This document shows, piece after piece, positions 47,401 to 59,500 of a stretch of DNA of 64,000 bases; within the stretch, counting starts at the first letter, position 1, and each line of letters starts with the position of its first letter. Source of the DNA: the human T2T-CHM13v2.0 reference genome, Homo sapiens; assembly GCF_009914755.1 (NCBI RefSeq), contig NC_060947.1. One strand, given 5' to 3'. Position numbers and translations under genes: made by a program. Under the pieces are notes generated by a model. The model made no database searches and was not told the origin of the DNA. It worked only from the letters and a program-made list of their open reading frames with translations.

Positions 47401-50400
47401 AATCTCCATTTGCAGATTCTACAAAAAGAGTGATTCCAATCTGCTCTATCAATAGGATTGTTCAACTCCATGAGTTGAATGCCATCCTCACAAAGTCGTT
47501 TCTGAGAATGCTTCTATCTAGTTTTTATGTGAAGATATTTCCTTTTCCACCACAGGCCTCAAAGCCCTCCAAACGTCCACTTGCAGATTCTCGAAAAAGA
47601 GTGTTTCATAGCTGCTCTTTCAAAAGGAAAGTTCAACTCTGGGAGTTGAATACAAACATCACAAAGTAGTTTCCGAGAATGCTTCTGTTTAGTTTTTATG
47701 TGAAGATGATCCCGTTTCCAGTGAAATCTTCAAAGAGGTCCACATATCCCCTTGCAGATTCCAAAGAAAGAGGGTTTCAAAACTGCTCCATCAGAAGGAT
47801 TGTTCAAATCTGTGAGTTGAATGCAGTCATCGCAGAAAACTTTCTGAGAATGCTTCTGTCTAGGTTTGATGTGAAGATATAGACGTTTCAAACGAAGGCT
47901 ACAAAGTGGTCAAAATATACACTTGCAGATTGTACTACAAGGGTGTTGCAAACCTGAACTATCAAAGGAAGGTTCAACTCTGTGGGTTGAATACAAACAT
48001 CGCAAAGAATGTTCTGCGTTTGCTTCCGTTCAGTTATGGGAAGTTGATCCCGTTTCCAACGAAATCCTCAGAGAGGTCCAAATATCCCCTTGCAGATTCT
48101 ACAAAACGTGTGTTTGGAAACTGCTCCATCATAACGAATGTTCAGCTCCCTGAGTTAAACTCCATCGTCACAAAGAATTTTCTGAGAGTGCTACCGTCTG
48201 GTTTTTATATGAAGTTCTTTCCTTTACTACCACAGGCCTCAAAGCGGTCCAAATCTCCACGTGCAGATTCTACAAAAAGAGTGTTTGCAAACTGCTCTAT
48301 CAAAAGGAATGTTCAACTCTGGGAGTTGAATGCAATCATCACAGAGCAGTTTCTGAGAATGCTTCTATGTCGTTTTTAGGAGAAGATATTTCCTTTTCCA
48401 ACACAGTCCCCCAAGCCCGCTAAATAGCCACTTGCACATTGTAGAAAAAGTGTGTCAAAGCTGCGCTATCAAAGGGAAAGTTCAACTCTGTGAGGTGAAT
48501 GCAAACATCCCAAAGAAGTTTCTGAGAATGCTTCCGTTTAGCTTTTAGGTGAAGATTATCCCGTTTCCAACGAAACCTTCAAAGAGGTCCAAATATCCCC
48601 TTGCGGATCCCACAGAAAGAGTGTTTCGAAACTGCTGTTTCAAAAGGAATCTTCAACTCTGTGAGTTGAATGCAATCATCACAAAGAAGTTTCTGACAAT
48701 GCTTCTCTCTCGTCTTTCTGTGAAGATAAAGGAAAAGGCTTTCAGGCCTTTTCCACCACAGGCCTGAAAGCGCTCCAAATGTCCACTTGCAGATTCTGCC
48801 AAAAGAATATTGCAAAACTGCTCTATGAAAAGCAATGTTAAACTCTGTGGCTCGAACACAAACATCACAAAGCAGTTTCTGAGAATGCTTCAGTTTAGTT
48901 TTTCTGTGGAAATATTCCCGTTTCCAAAGAAATCTTCAAAGAGGTCCACGTATCCACTTACAGATTCTACAAAAAGACAGTTTCAAAACTGCTCCATCAA
49001 AAGGAGGGTTCAACTGTGTGACTTGAATGCAATCATCACTCAGAAGTTTCTGAGAATGCTTCTCTTTAGTTTTTACGTGAACATATACCCGTTTCGAACG
49101 AAGGCCACCCAGTGGTCCAAATATCCACTTGCAGATTCTACAGAAAGAGTGTTTCGAACATGAACTCTCAAAGGCAGGTTCATCTCTGCGAGTTAAATGC
49201 ATTCATCATGAAGAACTTTCTCAGCGTGTTTGTGTTTAGTTATGGGAAATTATTCCCGTTTCCAACGAAATCCTCAGAGAGCTCCAAATATCCACCTGCA
49301 GATTCTACCAAAAGTGTATTTGGAAACTGCTCCATCAAAAGGCATGTTCAGCTCTGTGAGTGAAACTCCATCATCACAAAGAATATTCTGAGAATGCTTC
49401 CGTTTGCCTTTTATATGAACTTCCTTCCTGTACCACCGTAGGCCTCAAAGCAGTCCAAATCTCCATTTGCAGATTCTACAAAAAGAGTGATTCCAATCTG
49501 CTCTATCAATAGGATTGTTCAACTCCATGAGTTGAATGCCATCCTCACAAAGTCGTTGCTGAGAATGCTTCTATCTGGTTTTTGTGTGAAGATATTTCCT
49601 TTTCCACCACAGGCCTCAAAGCCCTCCAAACGTCCACTTTCAGATTCTCGAAAAAGAGTGTTTCATAGCTGCTCTTTCAAAAGGAAAGTTCAACTCTGGG
49701 AGTTGAATACAAACATCACAAAGTAGTTTCCGAGAATGCTTCTGTTTAGTTTTTATGTGAAGATGATCCCGTTTCCAGTGAAATCTTCCAAGAGGTCCAC
49801 ATATCCCCTTGCAGATTCCAAAGAAAGAGGGTTTCAAAACTGCTCCATCAGAAGGATTGTTCAACTCTGTGAGTTGAATGCAGTCATCGCAGAAAACTTT
49901 CTGAGAATGCTTCTGTCTAGGTTTGATGTGAAGATATAGACGTTTCAAACGAAGGCTACAAAGTGGTCAAAATATACACTTGCAGATTCTACTACAAGGG
50001 TGTTGCAAACCTGAACTATCAAAGGAAGGTTCAACTCTGTGAGTTGAATACAAACATCACAAAGAATGTTCTGAGTTTGCTTCCGTTCAGTTATGGGAAG
50101 TTGATCCCGTTTCCAACGAAATCCTCAGAGAGGTCCAAATATCCCCTTGCAGATTCTACAAAACGTGTGTTTGGAAACTGCTCCATCATAACGAATGTTC
50201 AGCTCCCTGAGTTAAACTCCATCGTCACAAAGAATTTTCTGAGAGTGCTACCGTCTGGTTTTTATATGAAGCTCTTTCCTTCACTACCACAGGCCTCAAA
50301 GCGGTCCAAATCTCCACTTGCAGATTCTACAAAAAGAGTGTTTGCAAACTGCTCTATCAAAAGGAATGTTCAACTCTGGGAGTTGAATGCAATCATCACA

Positions 50401-50661
50401 GAGCAGTTTCTGAGAATGCTTCTATGTCGTTTTTAGGAGAAGATATTTCCTTTTCCAACACAGTACCCCAAGCCCGCTAAATAGCCACTTGCACATTGTA
50501 GAAAAAGTGTGTCAAAGCTGCGCTATCAAAGGGAAAGTTCAACTCTGTGAGGTGAATGCAAACATCCCAAAGAAGTTTCTGAGAATGCTTCCGTTTAGCT
50601 TTTAGGTGAAGATTATCCCGTTTCCAACGAAACCTTCAAAGAGGTCCAAATATCCCCTTGC

Positions 50662-53569
50662 GGATCCCACAGAAAGAGTGTTTCGAAACTGCTGTTTCAA
50701 AAGGAATCTTCAACTCTGTGAGTTGAATGCAATCATCACAAAGAAGTTTCTGACAATGCTTCTCTCTCGTCTTTCTGTGAAGATAAAGGAAAAGGCTTTC
50801 AGGCCTTTTCCACCACAGTCCTGAAAGCGCTCCAAATGTCCACTTGCAGATTCTGCGAAAAGAATATTTCAAAACTGCTCTATGAAAAGCAATGTTAAAC
50901 TCTGTGGCTCGAACACAAACATCACAAAGCGGTTTCTGAGAATGCTTCAGTTTAGTTTTTCTGTGGAAATATTCCCGTTTCCAAAGAAATCTTCAAAGAG
51001 GTCCACGTATCCACTTACAGATTCTACAAAAAGACAGTTTCAAAACTGCTCCATCAAAAGGAGGGTTCAACTGTGTGACTTGAATGCAATCATCACTCAG
51101 AAGTTTCTGAGAATGCTTCTCTTTAGTTTTTACGTGAACATATACCCGTTTCGAACGAAGGCCACCCAGTGGTCCAAATATCCACTTGCAGATTCTACAG
51201 AAAGAGTGTTTCGAACCTGAACTCTCAAAGGCAGGTTCATCTCTGCGAGTTAAATGCATTCATCATGAAGAACTTTCTCAGAGTGTTTGTGTTTAGTTAT
51301 GGGAAATTATTCCCGTTTCCAACGAAATCCTCAGAGAGCTCCAAATATCCACCTGCAGATTCTACCAAAAGTGTATTTGGAAACTGCTCCATCAACAGGC
51401 ATGTTCAGCTCTGTGAGTGAAACTCCATCATCACAAAGAATATTCTGAGAATGCTTCCGTTTGCCTTTTATATGAAGTTCCTTCCTATACTACCGTAGGC
51501 CTCAAAGCAGTCCAAATCTCCATTTGCAGATTCTACAAAAAGAGTGATTCCAATCTGCTCTATCAATAGGATTGTTCAACTCCATGAGTTGAATGCCATC
51601 CTCACAATGTCGTTTCTGAGAATGCTTCTATCTAGTTTTTATGTGAAGATATTTCCTTTTCCACCACAGGCCTCAAAGCCCTCCAAACGTCCACTTGCAG
51701 ATTCTCGAAAAAGAGTGTTTCATAGCTGCTCTTTCAAAAGGAAAGTTCAACTCAGGGAGTTGAATACAAACATCACAAAGTAGTTTCCGAGAATGCTTCT
51801 GTTTAGTTTTTATGTGAAGATGATCCCGTTTCCAGTGAAATCTTCAAAGAGGTCCACATATCCCCTTGCAGATTCCAAAGAAAGAGGGTTTCAAAACTGC
51901 TCCATCAGAAGGATTGTTCAACTCTGTGAGTTGAATGCAGTCATCGCAGAAAACTTTCTGAGAATGCTTCTGTCTAGGTTTGATGTTAAGATATAGACGT
52001 TTCAAACGAAGGCTACAAAGTGGTCAAAATATACACTTGCAGATTCTACTACAAGGGTGTTACAAACCTGAACTATCAAAGGAAGGTTCAACTCTGTGAG
52101 TTGAATACAAACATCACAAAGAATGTTCTGAGTTTGCTTCCGTTCAGTTATGGGAATTTGATCCCGTTTCCAACGAAATCCCCAGAGAGGTCTAAATATC
52201 CCCTTGCAGATTCTACAAAACGTGTGTTTGGAAACTGCTCCATCATAACGAATGTTCAGCTCCCTGAGTTAAACTCCATCGTCACAAAGAATTTTCTGAG
52301 AGTGCTACCGTCTGGTTTTTATATGAAGTTCTTTCCTTCACTACCACAGGCCTCAAAGCGGTCCAAATCTCCACTTGCAGATTCTACAAAAAGAGTGATT
52401 CCAATCTGCTCTATCAATAGGATTGTTCAACTCCATGGGTTGAATGCCATCCTCACAAATTAGTTTCTGAGAATGCTTCTATCTGGTTTTTGTGTGAAGA
52501 TATTTCCTTTTCCACCACAGGCCTCAAAGCCCTCCAAACGTCCACTTGCAGATTCTCGAAAAAGAGTGTTTCATAGCTGCTCTTTCAAAAGGAAAGTTCA
52601 ACTCTGGGAGTTGAATACAAACATCACAAAATAGTTTCTGAGAGTGCTTCTGTTTAGTTTTTATATGAAGATGATCCCGTTTCCAGTGAAATCTTCAAAG
52701 AGGTCCACATATCCCCTTGCAGATTCCAAAGAAAGAGGGTTTCAAAACTGCTCCATCAGAAGGATTGTTCAACTCTGTGAGTTGAATGCAGTCATCGCAG
52801 AAAACTTTCTGAGAATGCTTCTGTCTAGGTTTGATGTGAAGATATAGACGTTTCAAACGAAGGCTACAAAGTGGTCAAAATATACACTTGCAGATTCTAC
52901 TACAAGGGTGTTGCAAACCTGAACTATCAAAGGAAGTTTCAGCTCTGTGAGTTGAATACAAACATCACAAAGAATGTTCTGAGTTTGCTTCCGTTCAGTT
53001 ATGGGAAGTTGATCCCGTTTCCAACGAAATCCTCAGAGAGGTCCAAATATCCCCTCGCAGATTCTACAAAACGTGTGTTTGGAAACTGCTCCATCATAAC
53101 GAATGTTCAGCTCCCTGAGTTAAACTCCATCGTCACAAAGAATTTTCTGAGAGTGCTACCGTCTGGTTTTTATATGAAGTTCTTTCCTTCACTACCACAG
53201 GCCTCAAAGCGGTCCAAATCTCCACTTGCAGATTCTACAAAAAGAGTGTTTGCAAACTGCTCTATCAAAAGGAATGTTCAACTCTGGGAGTTGAATGCAA
53301 TCATCACAGAGCAGTTTCTGAGAATGCTTCTATGTCGTTTTTAGGAGAAGATATTTCCTTTTCCAACACAGTCCTCCAAGCCCGCTAAATAGCCACTTGC
53401 ACATTGTAGAAAAAGTGTGTCAAAGCTGCGCTATCAAAGGGAAAGTTCAACTCTGTGAGGTGAATGCAAACATCCCAAAGAAGTTTCTGAGAATGCTTCC
53501 GTTAAGCTTTTAGGTGAAGATTATCCCGTTTCCAACGAAACCTTCAAAGAGGTCCAAATATCCCCTTGC
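50662..53569 (-). repeat. Variant 17-mer HOR (2,908 bp) with the same hybrid monomer, copy 2
   Basis: The BamHI interval runs 50662 to 53570. The identical junction lies at 52375-52397, exactly 9,079 bp after copy 1. Confidence 0.94.
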
Positions 53570-56500
53570 GGATCCCACAGAAAGAGTGTTTCGAAACTGC
53601 TGTTTCAAAAGGAATCTTCAACTCTGTGAGTTGAATGCAATCATCACAAAGAAGTTTCTGACAATGCTTCTCTCTCGTCTTTCTGTGAAGATAAAGGAAA
53701 AGGCTTTCAGGCCTTTTCCACCACAGGCCTGAAAGCGCTCCAAATGTCCACTTGCAGATTCTGCCAAAAGAATATTTCAAAACTGCTCTATGAAAAGCAA
53801 TGTTAAACTCTGTCGCTCGAACACAAACATCACAAAGCAGTTTCTGAGAATGCTTCAGTTTAGTTTTTCTGTGGAAATATTCCCGTTTCCAAAGAAATCT
53901 TCAAAGAGGTCCACGTATCCACTTACAGATTCTACAAAAAGACAGTTTCAAAACTGCTCCATCAAAAGGAGGGTTCAACTGTGTGACTTGAATGCAATCA
54001 TCACTCAGAAGTTTCTGAGAATGCTTCTCTTTAGTTTTTACGTGAACATATACCCGTTTCGAACGAACGCCACCCAGTGGTCCAAATATCCACTTGCAGA
54101 TTCTACAGAAAGAGTGTTTCGAACCTGAACTCTCAAAGGCAGGTTCATCTCTGCGAGTTAAATGCATTCATCATGAAGAACTTTCTCAGAGTGTTTGTGT
54201 TTAGTTATGGGAAATTATTCCCGTTTCCAACGAAATCCTCAGAGAGCTCCAAATATCCACCTGCAGATTCTACCAAAAGTGTATTTGGAAACTGCTCCAT
54301 CAAAAGGCATGTTCAGCTCTGTGAGTGAAACTCCATCATCACAAAGAATATTCTGAGAATGCTTCCGTTTGCCTTTTATATGAACTTCCTTCCTGTACTA
54401 CCGTAGGCCTCAAAGCAGTCCAAATCTCCATTTGCAGATTCTACAAAAAGAGTGATTCCAATCTGCTCTATCAATAGGATTGTTCAACTCCATGGGTTGA
54501 ATGCCATCCTCACAAAGTAGTTTCTGAGAATGCTTCTATCTGGTTTTTGTGTGAAGATATTTCCTTTTCCACCACAGGCCTCAAAGCCCTCCAAACGTCC
54601 ACTTGCAGATTCTCGAAAAAGAGTGTTTCATAGCTGCTCTTTCAAAAGGAAAGTTCAACTCTGGGAGTTGAATACAAACATCACAAAGTAGTTTCCGAGA
54701 ATGCTTCTGTTTAGTTTTTATGTGAAGATGATCCCGTTTCCAGTGAAATCTTCAAAGAGGTCCACATATCCCCTTGCAGATTCCAAAGAAAGAGGGTTTC
54801 AAAACTGCTCCATCAGAAGGATTGTTCAACTCTGTGAGTTGAATGCAGTCATCGCAGAAAACTTTCTGAGAATGCTTCTGTCTAGGTTTGATGTGAAGAT
54901 ATAGACGTTTCAAACGAAGGCTACAAAGTGGTCAAAATATACACTTGCAGATTCTACTACAAGGGTGTTGCAAACCTGAACTATCAAAGGAAGGTTCAAC
55001 TCTGTGAGTTGAATACAAACATCACAAAGAATGTTCTGAGTTTGCTTCCGTTCAGTTATGGGAAGTTGATCCCGTTTCCAACGAAATCCTCAGAGAGGTC
55101 CAAATATCCCCTTGCAGATTCTACAAAACGTGTGTTTGGAAACTGCTCCATCATAAAGAATGTTCAGCTCCCTGAGTTAAACTCCATCGTCACAAAGAAT
55201 TTTCTGAGAGTGCTACCGTCTGGTTTTTATATGAAGCTCTTTCCTTCACTACCACAGGCCTCAAAGCGGTCCAAATCTCCACTTGCAGATTCTACAAAAA
55301 GAGTGTTTGCAAACTGCTCTATCAAAAGGAATGTTCAACTCTGGGAGTTGAATGCAATCATCACAGAGCAGTTTCTGAGAATGCTTCTATGTCGTTTTTA
55401 GGAGAAGATATTTCCTTTTCCAACACAGTCCTCCAAGCCCGCTAAATAGCCACTTGCACATTGTAGAAAAAGTGTGTCAAAGCTGCGCTATCAAAGGGAA
55501 AGTTCAACTCTGTGAGGTGAATGCAAACATCCCAAAGAAGTTTCTGAGAATGCTTCCGTTTAGCTTTTAGGTGAAGATTATCCCGTTTCCAACGAAACCT
55601 TCAAAGAGGTCCAAATATCCCCTTGCGGATCCCACAGAAAGAGTGTTTCGAAACTGCTGTTTCAAAAGGAATCTTCAACTCTGTGAGTTGAATGCAATCA
55701 TCACAAAGAAGTTTCTGACAATGCTTCTCTCTCGTCTTTCTGTGAAGATAAAGGAAAAGGCTTTCAGGCCTTTTCCACCACAGGCCTGAAAGCGCTCCAA
55801 ATGTCCACTTGCAGATTCTGCGAAAAGAATATTTCAAAACTGCTCTATGAAAAGCAATGTTAAACTCTATGGCTCGAACACAAACATCACAAAGCGGTTT
55901 CTGAGAATGCTTCAGTTTAGTTTTTCTGTGGAAATATTCCCGTTTCCAAAGAAATCTTCAAAGAGGTCCACGTATCCACTTACAGATTCTACAAAAAGAC
56001 AGTTTCAAAACTGCTCCATCAAAAGGAGGGTTCAACTGTGTGACTTGAATGCAATCATCACTCAGAAGTTTCTGAGAATGCTTCTCTTTAGTTTTTACGT
56101 GAACATATACCCGTTTCGAACGAAGGACACCCAGTGGTCCAAATATCCACTTGCAGATTATACAGAAAGAGTGTTTCGAACCTGAACTCTCAAAGGCAGG
56201 TTCATCTCTGCGAGTTAAATGCATTCATCATGAAGAACTTTCTCAGAGTGTTTGTGTTTAGTTATGGGAATTTATTCCCGTTTCCAACGAAATCCTCAGA
56301 GAGCTCCAAATATCCACCTGCAGATTCTACCAAAAGTGTATTTGGAAACTGCTCCATCAAAAGGCATGTTCAGCTCTGTGAGTGAAACTCCATCATCACA
56401 AAGAATATTCTGAGAATGCTTCCGTTTGCCTTTTATATGAAGTTCCTTCCTGTACTACCGTAGGCCTCAAAGAAGTCCAAATCTCCATTTGCAGATTCTA

Positions 56501-59500
56501 CAAAAAGAGTGATTCCAATCTGCTCTATCAATAGGATTGTTCAACTCCATGAGTTGAATGCCATCCTCACAAAGTAGTTTCTGAGAATGCTTCTATCTGG
56601 TTTTTGTGTGAAGATATTTCCTTTTCCACCACAGGCCTCAAAGCCCTCCAAACGTCCACTTGCAGATTCTCGAAAAAGAGTGTTTCATAGCTGCTCTTTC
56701 AAAAGGAAAGTTCAACTCTGGGAGTTGAATACAAACATCACAAAATAGTTTCTGAGAATGCTTCTGTTTAGTTTTTATATGAAGATGATCCCGTTTCCAG
56801 TGAAATCTTCAAAGAGGTCCACATATCCCCTTGCAGATTCCAAAGAAAGAGGGTTTCAAAACTGCTCCATCAGAAGGATTGTTCAACTCTGTGAGTTGAA
56901 TGCAGTCATCGCAGAAAACTTTCTGAGAATGCTTCTGTCTAGGTTTGATGTGAAGATATAGACGTTTCAAACGAAGGCTACAAAGTGGTCAAAATATACA
57001 CTTGCAGATTCTACTACAAGGGTGTTGCAAACCTGAACTATCAAAGGAAGGTTCAGCTCTGTGAGTTGAATACAAACATCACAAAGAATGTTCTGAGTTT
57101 GCTTCCGTTCAGTTATGGGAAGTTGATCCCGTTTCCAACGAAATCCTCAGAGAGGTCCAAATATCCCCTCGCAGATTCTACAAAACGTGTGTTTGGAAAC
57201 TGCTCCATCATAACGAATGTTCAGCTCCCTGAGTTAAACTCCATCGTCACAAAGAATTTTCTGAGAGTGCTACCGTCTGGTTTTTATATGAAGTTCTTTC
57301 CTTCACTACCACAGGCCTCAAAGCGGTCCAAATCTCCACTTGCAGATTCTACAAAAAGAGTGTTTGCAAACTGCTCTATCAAAAGGAATGTTCAACTCTG
57401 GGAGTTGAATGCAATCATCACAGAGCAGTTTCTGAGAATGCTTCTATGTCGTTTTTAGGAGAAGATATTTCCTTTTCCAACACAGTCCTCCAAGCCCGCT
57501 AAATAGCCACTTGCACATTGTAGAAAAAGTGTGTCAAAGCTGCGCTATCAAAGGGAAAGTTCAACTCTGTGAGGTGAATGCAAACATCCCAAAGAAGTTT
57601 CTGAGAATGCTTCCGTTTACCTTTTAGGTGAAGATTATCCCGTTTCCAACGAAACCTTCAAAGAGGTCCAAATATCCCCTTGCGGATCCCACAGAAAGAG
57701 TGTTTCGAAACTGCTGTTTCAAAAGGAATCTTCAACTCTGTGAGTTGAATGCAATCATCACAAAGAAGTTTCTGACAATGCTTCTCTCTCGTCTTTCTGT
57801 GAAGATAAAGGAAAAGGCTTTCAGGCCTTTTCCACCACAGGCCTGAAAGCGCTCCAAATGTCCACTTGCAGATTCTGCCAAAAGAATATTTCAAAACTGC
57901 TCTATGAAAAGCAATGTTAAACTCTGTCGCTCGAACACAAACATCACAAAGCAGTTTCTGAGAATGCTTCAGTTTAGTTTTTCTGTGGAAATATTCCCGT
58001 TTCCAAAGAAATCTTCAAAGAGGTCCACGTATCCACTTACAGATTCTACAAAAAGACAGTTTCAAAACTGCTCCATCAAAAGGAGGGTTCAACTGTGTGA
58101 CTTGAATGCAATCATCACTCAGAAGTTTCTGAGAATGCTTCTCTTTAGTTTTTACGTGAACATATACCCGTTTCGAACGAACGCCACCCAGTGGTCCAAA
58201 TATCCACTTGCAGATTCTACAGAAAGAGTGTTTCGAACCTGAACTCTCAAAGGCAGGTTCATCTCTGCGAGTTAAATGCATTCATCATGAAGAACTTTCT
58301 CAGAGTGTTTGTGTTTAGTTATGGGAAATTATTCCCTTTTCCAACGAAATCCTCAGAGAGCTACAAATATCCACCTGCAGATTCTACCAAAAGTGTATTT
58401 GGAAACTGCTCCATCAAAAGGCATGTTCAGCTCTGTGAGTGAAACTCCATCATCACAAAGAATATTCTGAGAATGCTTCCGTTTGCCTTTTATATGAAGT
58501 TCCTTCCTATACGACCGTAGGCCTCAAAGCAGTCCAAATCTCCATTTGCAGATTCTACAAAAAGAGTGATTCCAATCTGCTCTATCAATAGGATTGTTCA
58601 ACTCCATGAGTTGAATGCCATCCTCACAAAGTAGTTTCTGAGAATGCTTCTATCTAGTTTTTATGTGAAGATATTTCCTTTTCCACCACAGGCCTCAAAG
58701 CCCTCCAAACGTCCACTTGCAGATTCTCGAAAAAGAGTGTTTCATAGCTGCTCTTTCAAAAGGAAAGTTCAACTCTGGGAGTTGAATACAAACATCACAA
58801 AGTAGTTTCCGAGAATGCTTCTGTTTAGTTCTTATGTGAAGATGATCCCGTTTCCAGTGAAATCTTCAAAGAGGTCCACATATCCCCTTGCAGATTCCAA
58901 AGAAAGAGGGTTTCAAAACTGCTCCATCAGAAGGATTGTTCAACTCTGTGAGTTGAATGCAGTCATCGCAGAAAACTTTCTGAGAATGCTTCTGTCTAGG
59001 TTTGATGTGAAGATATAGACGTTTCAAACGAAGGCTACAAAGTGGTCAAAATATACACTTGCAGATTCTACTACAAGGGTGTTGCAAACCTGAACTATCA
59101 AAGGAAGGTTCAACTCTGTGAGTTGAATACAAACATCACAAAGAATGTTCTGAGTTTGCTTCCGTTCAGTTATGGGAAGTTGATCCCGTTTCCAACGAAA
59201 TCCTCAGAGAGGTCCAAATATCCCCTCGCAGATTCTACAAAACGTGTGTTTGGAAACTGCTCCATCATAACGAATGTTCAGCTCCCTGAGTTAAACTCCA
59301 TCGTCACAAAGAATTTTCTGAGAGTGCTACCGTCTGGTTTTTATATGAAGTTCTTTCCTTCACTACCACAGGCCTCAAAGCGGTCCAAATCTCCACTTGC
59401 AGATTCTACAAAAAGAGTGTTTGCAAACTGCTCTATCAAAAGGAATGTTCAACTCTGGGAGTTGAATGCAATCATCACAGAGCAGTTTCTGAGAATGCTT

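Larger units (their letters stand above)
41385..54900. repeat. Super-HOR duplication: ~41.4-45.8 kb copied at ~50.5-54.9 kb (offset 9,079 bp), including the 17-mer
   Basis: Private alleles are shared only by these two segments: ACAGTACCCC, CCACAGTCCTG, CACAATGTCG, ACTCAGGG, GATGTTAAG, GTTACAAAC, CCCCAGAGAGGTCTA, CACAAATTAG and the hybrid junction. Boundaries are approximate. Confidence 0.85.
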
